64,000 nucleotides of DNA from Nitrospinales bacterium. GTDB lineage: Bacteria; Nitrospinota; Nitrospinia; Nitrospinales; VA-1. This document shows, in pieces, positions 10,150-19,870 of this stretch (position 1 is the first letter of the stretch; the number at the start of each line of letters is the position of its first letter). The notes under the pieces were generated by a model, which saw only the letters and a program-made list of their open reading frames with translations, was not told the DNA's origin and made no database searches. A program made the translations under genes and the position numbers. Location of the stretch: assembly GCA_965223795.1 (NCBI GenBank), contig CBDCXL010000002.1, positions 640,001 to 704,000 of the forward strand, written 5' to 3'.

Positions 10150-13100
10150 ATGGTCAAACACCGGCGCACATTGCTATTGCTCACTTTCCTGATCGGCGTG
10201 ACCGTGTTTTTCTGGTCGAGCTCGCGCTATCCGGCTTTGAGCGACAAGGCCGCGATGTCCGGACCGGCGGGCTTCGCCGACCCGATGACGCACGAGGCGC
10301 ATTTCACGATTCCCGAACGCGCGCCGGTTCACGAGAAGGTGCTCTACACCACGCTCAACTGGTACGAAACCAACTGGCGCGGCATGCTGTTCGGGCTGGT
10401 GATCGCCGCCGGGTTTCTCACGCTGCTGCGGTATCTGCCGCGCCAGGGTTCCACCCGGCGCGTGAAAAACAGCTTCATGGGCATGCTGATGGGCACGCCG
10501 CTGGGGGTGTGCGTCAACTGCGTCGCGCCCATCGCCAAGGGCATCTACGAAGCGGGCAGCCGCCTCGAGACCGCGCTTTCGGTGATGTTCAGCTCCCCCA
10601 CTCTCAACATCGTGGTGCTCACGATGGTGTTTTCGATCTTCCCGTTCTACATGGCGCTGCTCAAAGTGGCGGCGACGCTGCTTTTGATCCTCGTTCTGGT
10701 GCCGCTTCTGGCGCGCTGGCATCCGGCGCGGGTTCCGCAGGCCGCTGCGGCTGCGGACGCGGTCTGTGAGCTGGAGCCGGAGATCCGCGAAGGCTGGCCG
10801 GGTGCCGTCAAGGGCGCAGGCGCGGATTATCTTAAGAATCTGCGCTACATCGTGGTGCGGACGGTGCCGCTCATGCTGCTTGCGGGCTTCCTCGGCGCGC
10901 TGCTCAGCCATCTCTGGAGCTTTGAGAAACTGATCGGCGTGCCGGTGAACTGGATCAACCTCGGCCTGATCTCCTTTATGGGCACGTTTTTGCCGCTGCC
11001 CATCGCCTTCGACGTGATGCTGGCGCAGGCGCTCATGATGTCCGGGATGCCCGCCGGGTTCGTGATGGCGTCGCTCTTCACCTTCGGCACGTTCAGCATC
11101 TACTCGGCGTTGATCGTGTACAAAACCTTTTCGCTTAAGCTCGCGGTGCAGCTCTACGCCATCGTGTTCCTGCTGGGGATCGGGCTGGGCGCCATCGCCA
11201 ACGCCTATTCGGAGCACCGCCACGTGGCCTGGCTGTCGCAGTTCGACGCGGTGATGGCAGACGCGGACAGCGAATCGGCGCCGCCTGAGGCGCACCGGGA
11301 ACCTGAGGCCTCTGACACGCCGCACCGCACCACCGCAATCGAGGAGCGGGCTTTTTTCACGGCGGACAACGTGTCGGTTTCGTTCACGCCGCACAACGCA
11401 CGGACCCGATCGGGCCCCCTGCCCTTCACCAAGCTGCTGGGGCCTAAGCTGGGCATCGATTATTGGAACACCCTGACGCCGGAGAACTTTTTCGATCCGT
11501 TTTACTTCGGACGCGGCATCGCCTCGGGCGACGTCGACGGCGACGGCTGGACGGACATCGCGATTGCAACGGACCGCGGGTTTTCGCTGTACCAGAACAT
11601 CGACGGGGCTGCTTTCAAGCGCTGGCGCTGGCAGCTCGATGCGGACATCGGCAAAGAGGGCATCCACATCGCGCTGGTGGACCTGGACAACGACGGCAAA
11701 CTCGATGTGTTTCTCACCACGTTTCAAACGGGCAATTATGCTGTCCTAAACCCGCTTTCCCAAAAGGCGGGCGGGCGGGTGCTCAAGGTGCCCAACGGCG
11801 ATGTGCTTTTGACCAACGCCGCGGCGTTCGCGGACATCGACGGCGACGGATACCTCGACATCGCCAACGGCAATTACCATCTGGGCGTGCTGACGCGAAA
11901 ACCGATCGAAAACGCGGCCGATCAGCTGGTGCGCAACCGCAACCTGAAATTCACTCTGGACCCGCTGGCGGGCGTTCCCGGCCAGACGCAAACGGTGATG
12001 TGGTCGGATTTTCTGGGCGACAGGCACGCGGAACTGGTGGTGGGCAACGATTATCTGGTGCCGGACACCTATTTTACCGGTGCGGCGAACGGGGCGCTGA
12101 AAAAGATCACGCGCCGGGACGGTCTGCTGCCCGTCAGCACCGAAAACACCATGAGCCTCGACACGGGCGATTTCAACAACGACCTGATCCCGGACCTCTA
12201 TCTCGCCAACATCGGATTTTCCAAAGGCATCGACGTGGTGTCCAACATCTTCGGAAAAACCATGCGCGAGGCGGGACGGGAATTCTGCGATTCGGGCGCG
12301 GGCGTGCTGGAACGCGGCGAATGCCACGACATGGTGAAACTGGTGACCCTGCTCAACCCGGAAAAGCAGGACACCTCGGAAAAATGCGTGCAGCTTCAAA
12401 ACCGCCGTGCGGTGAAAGACTGCATGGTGACACGCCTGGCGCTGTTCGCGGCGGAGCGCAAGGACGCGTCGCTGTGCAACCGCATCGTGAGCGGACACGC
12501 GCTCGGACAAACGCTGTGCCGGCAGTTTTTTCTCACCCGGCCGGTAGACACTCGGGGCGACGATGAGATCCCGCAGCGGGCGCTGGCGAACGTGCTGCTA
12601 AAGGGCCGCGGCGCTGAGGGGCTTGAGGACGTATCGGAACAAGCGGGCGTCACCACGGCGGAGTGGAGCTGGAACGCGCGGTTTCTGGATCTGGACAACG
12701 ACGAATGGCAGGACCTGTATGTGGTGAACGGCGTGCTGATCACCCAGGAATTCGCCACGAACAATTTTTTCCACAACCAGAAGGGCGAGACCTTCCTGGC
12801 CGCCGAAACGGCGTTCGGCCTGGAGGACCGCGACCACAGCTCGTCCTACACCGCCTTCGACCTGGACCGCGACGGCGATCTCGACATCATCGCCAACACC
12901 CAGTACGGCCCGTTCAAGGTCTACCTCAACAACGATGCGCAGGGCAACAGCGTCACCTTCAAGCTCAGGGATCACAAGGGCAACCGGTTCTGCATCGGCT
13001 GCGTCGTCACGATCCATTACGGTCCGGGCAACGGCCGCCACCAGATGCGCGAGATCAAGGCGGGAGGCGGCTTCCATTCGACGGACGCGCCGATGGCGCA

Positions 13101-13224
13101 TTTCGGGCTCGACCGTTTCGAATCGATCGGGCGGGTGGAGGTGCGCTGGTCCACAGGAGAAACCAGCGTGCTGGAACGTCCCTTCCCGGCCAACCGGGAA
13201 TTCACGATCCGGCGCAACGGCTGA
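10150..13224 (+). CDS. ArsP/DUF318-like permease fused to an FG-GAP repeat + ASPIC/UnbV (CRTAC1-like) domain
   Basis: N-terminal multi-TM region with TPLGVCVNCVAP..SSPTLN; repeated D(V/L)DGDGxxD motifs; WSWNARF; C-terminal GGGFHS..AHFGL..VEVRWSTG. Confidence 0.8.
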   Translation: MVKHRRTLLLLTFLIGVTVFFWSSSRYPALSDKAAMSGPAGFADPMTHEAHFTIPERAPVHEKVLYTTLNWYETNWRGMLFGLVIAAGFLTLLRYLPRQGSTRRVKNSFMGMLMGTPLGVCVNCVAPIAKGIYEAGSRLETALSVMFSSPTLNIVVLTMVFSIFPFYMALLKVAATLLLILVLVPLLARWHPARVPQAAAAADAVCELEPEIREGWPGAVKGAGADYLKNLRYIVVRTVPLMLLAGFLGALLSHLWSFEKLIGVPVNWINLGLISFMGTFLPLPIAFDVMLAQALMMSGMPAGFVMASLFTFGTFSIYSALIVYKTFSLKLAVQLYAIVFLLGIGLGAIANAYSEHRHVAWLSQFDAVMADADSESAPPEAHREPEASDTPHRTTAIEERAFFTADNVSVSFTPHNARTRSGPLPFTKLLGPKLGIDYWNTLTPENFFDPFYFGRGIASGDVDGDGWTDIAIATDRGFSLYQNIDGAAFKRWRWQLDADIGKEGIHIALVDLDNDGKLDVFLTTFQTGNYAVLNPLSQKAGGRVLKVPNGDVLLTNAAAFADIDGDGYLDIANGNYHLGVLTRKPIENAADQLVRNRNLKFTLDPLAGVPGQTQTVMWSDFLGDRHAELVVGNDYLVPDTYFTGAANGALKKITRRDGLLPVSTENTMSLDTGDFNNDLIPDLYLANIGFSKGIDVVSNIFGKTMREAGREFCDSGAGVLERGECHDMVKLVTLLNPEKQDTSEKCVQLQNRRAVKDCMVTRLALFAAERKDASLCNRIVSGHALGQTLCRQFFLTRPVDTRGDDEIPQRALANVLLKGRGAEGLEDVSEQAGVTTAEWSWNARFLDLDNDEWQDLYVVNGVLITQEFATNNFFHNQKGETFLAAETAFGLEDRDHSSSYTAFDLDRDGDLDIIANTQYGPFKVYLNNDAQGNSVTFKLRDHKGNRFCIGCVVTIHYGPGNGRHQMREIKAGGGFHSTDAPMAHFGLDRFESIGRVEVRWSTGETSVLERPFPANREFTIRRNG

Positions 13225-13247
13225 ACTTCAGCCCTGCATGAGACACT

Positions 13248-14492
13248 TCATTTCCGGTTTTGTTCTTCCGGCAGGACGATTTCGACTTTGGTTCCCTGGT
13301 TGGGGGCTCTGATGACGTTCATCGTCCCGCCGTGGTTGCGCACGACCCGACGACAGAAGGCGAGCCCCATGCCGTTGCCGGGATAGGCGTCTTTGGTGTG
13401 CAGGCGCTTGAACGGTTTTAAGATGGTGGGGATGTATTTGGGGTCGAAGCCGATGCCGTTGTCGCGAACGCCGATTTTCCAGAACCCGTTGCCGAGCGGC
13501 CTGCCGTCCACCCAGATCTGGGGCGGAACCCCGGGCTTGTGGAACTTGAGGCAGTTCGAGAGCAAATGCTCGAACAGGACGGCGATCTGGTCCGCATCCG
13601 CTTCCAGGGTGGGAAGCTCAATTTTTTCCACGCTGACCGCAAGCGATTCCTCATGCGGCTTGAGCTTTGCAAGCAGGCCGTCGACCACGGGGTTCAGATC
13701 GACGGACCGGAAGGTGCATGCCTTCTGATGAAACTCGGAAAAAAGGATCAGATCGTCGATCAGGCTCTGCATCTTTTCCACGGACTGGCCCATGCGGACC
13801 ATGTAATCCGCTTCCTTGCCGCCGAGGTCGTTCAGTGAAGATTGCAGCATGCCGCCGAAGGAGATGATTTTGCGCAACGGCTCCTTGAGATCGTGGCAGG
13901 CGATGTGGAAAAAATCGCTCAGCTCCTGGTTTTTCTTTTCCAGTTCCTCGGCCAGCCCCTTTCTTTGCCGTTCGGCCTGGATGAAGCCGCTCACCTGCTG
14001 ATTCAGGGCTTCGCCTTTGTCGATGAGCTCCACCGCATGCTCCCGCGCCTTCACTTCAAAATACCGCTTCGACTCCAGAAGCTGCCTGTTCAACAGACGC
14101 ATCTCCAGCATGTTGCGGATGCGCAGCGAAACTTCGGGAAAGTTCAACGGCTTGGTCAGAAAATCCTTCGCCCCCGCTTCAAGAGCCCGCAGGCGGTTAT
14201 CCTGGTCCGACTGCGCGGTCAGCACCATCACCGGGGCGCCGTTCTCCTTTTCGATGTCTTTTAGCTGCTGCATCACCGCAAAGCCGTCGAGATGCGGCAT
14301 GTTCAAATCCAGAAGCACCAGATCGGGCGCGAACTGTTGATACAACGGCGCGGCCTGGCGGGAATCTTCGGTGCTTTTGACGTGCGTGTACCCGCTCTGA
14401 TTGAGGAACTGCTCGAGCAGGCGGATGTTGGCGGCCTGATCGTCGACGATCAGAATGCGGCAGTTGGTGATGTCCTTAGGAGGTAGGTGCAT
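13248..14492 (-). CDS. Hybrid response regulator / histidine kinase (REC-HisKA-HATPase)
   Basis: IVDD..DLNMP; HDLKEPLRKI H-box; DNGIG and GMGLA boxes. Confidence 0.92.
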   Translation of the reverse strand: MHLPPKDITNCRILIVDDQAANIRLLEQFLNQSGYTHVKSTEDSRQAAPLYQQFAPDLVLLDLNMPHLDGFAVMQQLKDIEKENGAPVMVLTAQSDQDNRLRALEAGAKDFLTKPLNFPEVSLRIRNMLEMRLLNRQLLESKRYFEVKAREHAVELIDKGEALNQQVSGFIQAERQRKGLAEELEKKNQELSDFFHIACHDLKEPLRKIISFGGMLQSSLNDLGGKEADYMVRMGQSVEKMQSLIDDLILFSEFHQKACTFRSVDLNPVVDGLLAKLKPHEESLAVSVEKIELPTLEADADQIAVLFEHLLSNCLKFHKPGVPPQIWVDGRPLGNGFWKIGVRDNGIGFDPKYIPTILKPFKRLHTKDAYPGNGMGLAFCRRVVRNHGGTMNVIRAPNQGTKVEIVLPEEQNRK

Positions 14493-14544
14493 GGAATGAT
14501 TAAAAAGAATTGCGTTCCGTCCGGCGTGGGCGGCAGGAGCCCGG

Positions 14545-15231
14545 TCAGGAGTGACCGGGACCTTTTTTCTTCCGCACTTCGAAACTCAGGGTCTGCTCGA
14601 GAGCACGCATCTCGTTATTGGAAATCTGGATGTGAAAGCTGAAAAAATTATCCGCCGAATTTTTCATCTGCCGCAGAATGACCACGTATTTCTTGAATTC
14701 GCTGGACAGTTTCTCCAGAACGTCGGAGGTGCCTGAGCGCCCGCCATCGACTTTTTTCAGGCTGGTCGCGGCACAATAGTAGTAGGACTCGCCCTTGTCG
14801 ATATACGCGTCCCCCAGAACGTTGGTGTCCGGATTGAACAGGCCCAGATTGAGCAGAAGAAAATCCGCGTTGATCTTGTAGAGATAATAACGGATGGCGG
14901 TCTGCTCCTGGTTGACGGCGATCTGGCCGACGTCGGCATCGAGGCCGACCACGTATTTATGTATGAGGGAAAGGGACTGCGGGTTGGCGAGGTCGGCCAG
15001 GGTGAGGGTGATGTACTGGTTCACATCCTCGTCGTATTTGAGGTCGTTCGCCTTGACCTCCTTCCAGTGCCGGTCTTTCCATTCTTCGCTGCGGCCTTCT
15101 TCGAAGATCGGATCGTAACCGGCGTTGGATTCCAGTCCGGATTCGACCCGCGCCTTGAGCAGCTGGTCGGAAAAATAAGATTCGGTGGTGTCGGTGTTCC
15201 CGGTATCCAGATGTTTGAATTTGATAGCCAT
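14545..15231 (-). CDS. Conserved hypothetical protein
   Basis: 228-aa ORF with genome-typical codon use, AGGTG RBS and upstream TTGCAA-N16-TATGAT. Confidence 0.75.
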   Translation of the reverse strand: MAIKFKHLDTGNTDTTESYFSDQLLKARVESGLESNAGYDPIFEEGRSEEWKDRHWKEVKANDLKYDEDVNQYITLTLADLANPQSLSLIHKYVVGLDADVGQIAVNQEQTAIRYYLYKINADFLLLNLGLFNPDTNVLGDAYIDKGESYYYCAATSLKKVDGGRSGTSDVLEKLSSEFKKYVVILRQMKNSADNFFSFHIQISNNEMRALEQTLSFEVRKKKGPGHS

Positions 15232-15798
15232 GTTTCACCTGCGATAGATTGGACAAACAGGAATCGGGGCTCTCCTGTTTATCATAACAACAAACAATTC
15301 AATTGCAAACACATCCCCAAGACTCCCTGGCGCGGTCCGGCTGCCGGTCCGGGGCGGCGTTTCCCGCGCCGGTCAAGCCGCGATTATACAAGAATTTTGC
15401 AAATCAGAGGTGGCGGGAATTTTGACGGATCGATTCGAATCCACGTTACAGCCGTGCGGAAGCGAATTCTCCCGCGCTTTGCCGTTCCTTTTCGCGGTCT
15501 CCGGACACATTGAACGCAAGGTCCGTTTCTGGCCGGGGTCGAATCCGGTATTCTGAGTCCAAGTCGCAATTGGCGGCTTGCGGCCTGCTCTGTTTTTTAA
15601 AATGACTGGCTAGCGTCTCTCTATCCGGGAAAGCGGTCAACGCCGCCGCAGTCCGTATCGGGAGGCTGAACATGCTGAAACCCGGAGCCCAGCGCCGGGA
15701 AGCGCGCGGATTCGGGCATTCGGTTCCGGCTTTGAGCGGCGCCCCAAAAACCCGCCCATCTGATATAATGGGATCTCAATCCCACTGACCGATCGTTT

Positions 15799-18363
15799 AT
15801 GAGCGCCAGCAGATTTCATTCGTCTTTCATTCTCCCACTGGTTTTTCTGCTGTGGGTTTTCTTAACCGCGATTGCCTATGCCGAAAGCCGCAACACCGGC
15901 TCGCTCAAGCAGGCGCTCACGGCCATCGCGGAGGCGGACGGGAATGACGTCGATCTCGCCAAAACGGTGCTGCGCATCTCAAAGGATCGCGACCCTTCTG
16001 TGGACCTGGCCGGGCTTGCGGCGGAACTGGACCGTCTGACCGATGCGGTTAGGGCGAAAATCACCGCCGACTCGACGCCCGAACAGATCGTCGAGGTTCT
16101 GCGAACCGTGATTCACCTGGAGTCGGGCTACGATTTCACCGACCGGGTGGACCCGCAGGGCATCCCGATCGACCCGGCCGAACTGTTCGTGCACGGGCTG
16201 CTGGAAAACCGGCGCGGCTACTGCATGAACCTGTCGCTGCTTTATCTCATCCTCGCCGAACGGCTGGACCTGCCCCTGCACGGGGTGGCGCTGCCCAATC
16301 ATTTTTTTGTCCGTTTCGAGAAGGACGGCGTCCGCATCAACATCGAGGCGACCGAGCGCGGCGTGCGGCATCCGGATTCGTTTTACCGGCAGCGCTTCGG
16401 CGTTGCGGAAACGGCGGATTTTTTCATGACCAACCTTAGCAAGAAGCAGACCCTAGGGGCGTACTTCTCCAACGTGGGCATGGTTTACTATAAAGGCGGC
16501 GACCCCGGCAAGGCGGTGTTTTACCTGGACCTTTCCAGCCGCATCAACCCGCGCTCGATCGAAGCGCACAACAACCTGGCCAATATTTATTCGGAGACCG
16601 GACGGCTGGAGAAGGCGCTCGAGCATTATCAACGGGCGTTCGAGGCGGACCCGAACAACACATCGACGCTGTTCAACCTGGGTCTCGCGCGCAACAAGGC
16701 GGGCCACTCTCAGGCTGCGGTGGAAGCGTTTCTGCAGGTGGTGCAGATCGATCCCGCCTTCGTGCCGGCGCATCGCGCATTGGTGCGGCTGTACATGGAC
16801 AAGCGGCGCTACTTCGGCGCGCTGCTGCACCTCAAACGGATCGCGGCTTTGAATCCCGGCGACCTCAATACGGAGATGGCCCTGGGGAATGTGTACCTGC
16901 GCATGGACCGGTTCGGGCTGGCGCTGGAAACCTTCCAGAAACTGCGGCAGCGCTTTCCGGGCAGACCGGAAGTGCTGGATTCGCTGGCGGAGACCTATTA
17001 CCGCCAGCAGGATTTCGACCGCGCCATCGAACTGTACGGCTACCTCATCGAGTACAATCCGAACAACCTGAAAGCCTACATTCAGCTCGGCTGGACGCAT
17101 TACCGCAAAGGCAATCTCGACATGGCGGCGGCCTGGACGAAACGCGGGATCACCCAAAATAAGGATAAAAAAGACCTCACCACTCTGGCGCACATGAACC
17201 TCGGGTTCTATTCCCTGCTGGCGCGGGATTTTAAAGAATCGAAAAACTGGTATGGCAAAGCGCTCGCGGACAAGGACGCCAGCGCGGTGAGCGGCATGGT
17301 GAAGGACATTCAGGACGCGGCGAAACGCTTTCCCGGCCGGCCGGAGCTGGAGTATTTCACCGGCTGGATCTATTTTCAGGCGGGATTGAAGGACAATGCG
17401 AAACCGTTTCTCGAAGGCTACCTGGAAAAAAACGCCGGCGGGCGTTTCGTCGAGGAAGCGCGCAACCTTTTGGAGACCATGAACCTGAAAAAGGTGTCGT
17501 CCGAAACAGCGCAGCCGGACAAACCGGAATCGGCAGAACCCGTCCCGGAAAACATGGTACGCATTCCTTCCGGATTTTTCTCGATGGGCTCCAACAAAAA
17601 CGGCGAGGACGAACTGCCCGAGCACAAGGTTTATATAGACACGTACTTCATCGACAAGTACGAGGTTTCGGCGAAAGATTTCGCAGAATTTTTAAACGCG
17701 GTCGACAACGTGAAGGGGTATTATCTGGACAACAAGTTCGGAGTGCTCACCTACACCGGCCGATTCAAACCGCGGCCCGGCCTGGACATGCTTCCGATCA
17801 ACAACGTGAACTGGAACGGCGCGAAAGCCTACTGCAAGTGGAAAGGCAAGCGCCTGCCCACGGAAGCGGAATGGGAAAAGGCGGCGCGCGGTGAAGACAA
17901 GCGCCAGTACCCCTGGGGCAACACGCCGCCCACGCCCGAACAGGCTCGATACCTGCAGACCTGGACGGAGGAACTGGGGCACCGGGTCATGGTTCCGGTG
18001 GACGGGCTGGAAGCGGGAAAAAGCCCGTACGGGCTCTTCAACATGGCGGGCAACGTGAAAGAATGGGTGGACGACTGGTACGACCGGGAGTATTATAGCG
18101 AAGAATCCGACTACGCCAATCCGAGAGGCCCTATCGGCGGCGAATTCAAGGTCTTGAGAGGCGGTTCCTGGCGGGATCTTGCAGGGTTTCTCTATTCTTC
18201 GTTCCGCAACAACAGCTATCCGGACACCCGCCTGGAAGATTATGGATTCCGCTGCGCCAAAAGCGCCGAAAAAACGAAAGGTCCGAAAAAGATGACGTTC
18301 AACGACCGGGAGCCGCCCCGTCAAGTCGCCCATTCAGACATGAAACCTGAGGCCACGCCATGA
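15799..18363 (+). CDS. SirB1/transglutaminase-like + TPR + FGE-sulfatase (SUMF1-like) domain protein
   Basis: RRGYCMNLS..LPNHFF; TPR repeats; RLPTEAEWEKAARG, NMAGNVKEW, RGGSW and GFRCA motifs. Confidence 0.85.
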   Translation: MSASRFHSSFILPLVFLLWVFLTAIAYAESRNTGSLKQALTAIAEADGNDVDLAKTVLRISKDRDPSVDLAGLAAELDRLTDAVRAKITADSTPEQIVEVLRTVIHLESGYDFTDRVDPQGIPIDPAELFVHGLLENRRGYCMNLSLLYLILAERLDLPLHGVALPNHFFVRFEKDGVRINIEATERGVRHPDSFYRQRFGVAETADFFMTNLSKKQTLGAYFSNVGMVYYKGGDPGKAVFYLDLSSRINPRSIEAHNNLANIYSETGRLEKALEHYQRAFEADPNNTSTLFNLGLARNKAGHSQAAVEAFLQVVQIDPAFVPAHRALVRLYMDKRRYFGALLHLKRIAALNPGDLNTEMALGNVYLRMDRFGLALETFQKLRQRFPGRPEVLDSLAETYYRQQDFDRAIELYGYLIEYNPNNLKAYIQLGWTHYRKGNLDMAAAWTKRGITQNKDKKDLTTLAHMNLGFYSLLARDFKESKNWYGKALADKDASAVSGMVKDIQDAAKRFPGRPELEYFTGWIYFQAGLKDNAKPFLEGYLEKNAGGRFVEEARNLLETMNLKKVSSETAQPDKPESAEPVPENMVRIPSGFFSMGSNKNGEDELPEHKVYIDTYFIDKYEVSAKDFAEFLNAVDNVKGYYLDNKFGVLTYTGRFKPRPGLDMLPINNVNWNGAKAYCKWKGKRLPTEAEWEKAARGEDKRQYPWGNTPPTPEQARYLQTWTEELGHRVMVPVDGLEAGKSPYGLFNMAGNVKEWVDDWYDREYYSEESDYANPRGPIGGEFKVLRGGSWRDLAGFLYSSFRNNSYPDTRLEDYGFRCAKSAEKTKGPKKMTFNDREPPRQVAHSDMKPEATP

Positions 18364-18629
18364 TCGGCGCCATCGAAATCCTGATGATTGCGGTCATCTT
18401 CGGCATCATTTACGGACGGGATGCGCTGGACAAGACCTACAAAAAGCATCCGGACGAAGGCGTGGTCGAAAGTTTCGCCGAGGACGTCAAGGAGTACTAT
18501 CACACCGATCCGAAACGGCTGATCAAACTGGTGATCTTCGCCGTTTCGGTGATCGCATTTCTCGTCATCCTGGTCTATTGGGCCTTCACCCGCACGGACC
18601 TGCCGAAGATGCTGGGCTGGGGTCAGTAG
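18360..18629 (+). CDS. Small membrane protein
   Basis: ATGA overlap with the upstream gene; two hydrophobic segments. Confidence 0.7.
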   Translation: MIGAIEILMIAVIFGIIYGRDALDKTYKKHPDEGVVESFAEDVKEYYHTDPKRLIKLVIFAVSVIAFLVILVYWAFTRTDLPKMLGWGQ

Positions 18630-19093
18630 TTGAACCCGTTGGTGCGGACGTGGATGTACGGATCGCCCCCCTCAAGCATTTTTCCTCCCACGATTTCTCC
18701 GACGTACAGCACGTGGTCGCCGGCAGGCATGGAGCCGGTGAGCTGGCATTCGAGATACGAAACCGCCTCCTTCAACACCCGGATGCCCTGATACCCCTTC
18801 ACGGTTTTCACGCCTTTGAACAGATCGTCCTGGGGCGGCTTGCTGAAGTGCTTCAACAGGCCGTTGGAATCTTTTCCCAGCACATTGACGATGAACGCTT
18901 TCGAACCTTCCACCAGCAGCCGCGCCGGGCGCAGGGTCGCCAGAGCGATGGACACGGTGGGCGGGTCGAACGAGCTCTGGTTGACCCAGCTTGCGAGGAC
19001 CGCATCCTCGCGGTCGCCGCATTTGGCGGTGATGACGAACAGACCGCTGGGAACGCGGCCCAGGGCTTTGCCGATTTGTGTTTTGTTCTTCAA
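18623..19093 (-). CDS. Flavin reductase-like FMN-binding protein
   Basis: ALGRVPSGLFVIT, SWVNQSSFDPP and GDH motifs. Confidence 0.88.
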   Translation of the reverse strand: MKNKTQIGKALGRVPSGLFVITAKCGDREDAVLASWVNQSSFDPPTVSIALATLRPARLLVEGSKAFIVNVLGKDSNGLLKHFSKPPQDDLFKGVKTVKGYQGIRVLKEAVSYLECQLTGSMPAGDHVLYVGEIVGGKMLEGGDPYIHVRTNGFNY

Positions 19094-19175
19094 GTCTGGC
19101 TCCTGTGGTCGAATTGGGAAAGAAAAATTCTAATATGCCGGCCGGGTCCTGGCAACCGAAAACGGCTTTACGGCG

Positions 19176-19841
19176 TCAGAACTGGCCCGGTTTGATCTTG
19201 AAAACGTCGGGCCGCTCCGGTTTCTGGATGTAGGAGAGCTTGAGGGAAAGCGGCGCGGGCCGGGTTTTCTGTTTGGGCGGATTGGTCATCAAGAGCAGCA
19301 CCATGCGACCGGCGCGGTCGCGGGCGCGGAACACGATGATCAGTTCCTTTCCGGCGGGCGTGTTGACGACCTGGCTTTCTTTCGGAAACCCCTGGCGGGA
19401 AAAATAATTCCTCAACTGATTGGCGGTGTCCACGACTCTCTCCGGCCGCGCGGCGCTGCCCGCGGGCTGGCCCCACAGGATGTTCACCTGGATCAGCCGG
19501 TTGGACTTGTATCCGAAAACGTAAAACGCCCGCGCCGGGCCGGAATCCGGCAGCAGGTCCTTCACGGCGATTTCCAGGCTCAGAGTTTTTTCCAGCGGGT
19601 GGCGATGCCGGGCGACGTTTTTCTTGGTGATTTTAAAATCGTTGTAGATGGCTTTGTACACCTGCTTTTCGGTCATGCCGAAGCGCGCCGAGCGGAATCC
19701 CTCGACGGCGGCGGTCTGCTTTGTTGCCACCTGCGAGCGTGCGGATTTTTGCGGGGCGGCCTGAATAGGCGAATACGCATTGCAGAACAAGGCGAGCGCC
19801 AGAAGCGTTCCGGCAAACCATTTCAGACCGGCCGGGTTCAT
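19176..19841 (-). CDS. Exported hypothetical protein
   Basis: Signal peptide followed by VEGFRSARFGMTE; typical codon use. Confidence 0.7.
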   Translation of the reverse strand: MNPAGLKWFAGTLLALALFCNAYSPIQAAPQKSARSQVATKQTAAVEGFRSARFGMTEKQVYKAIYNDFKITKKNVARHRHPLEKTLSLEIAVKDLLPDSGPARAFYVFGYKSNRLIQVNILWGQPAGSAARPERVVDTANQLRNYFSRQGFPKESQVVNTPAGKELIIVFRARDRAGRMVLLLMTNPPKQKTRPAPLSLKLSYIQKPERPDVFKIKPGQF

Positions 19842-19870
19842 GGTCGCAGATTCGGATGCGGGACGCCGCC

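Noticed and set aside
15300..15790. Large intergenic region and its short ORFs
   Set aside because: No convincing CDS, RNA motif or repeat was recognised.
17545..18363. FGE/CLec-fold domain as a DGR target
   Set aside because: No second near-identical copy (TR/VR pair) and no RT gene in the window.
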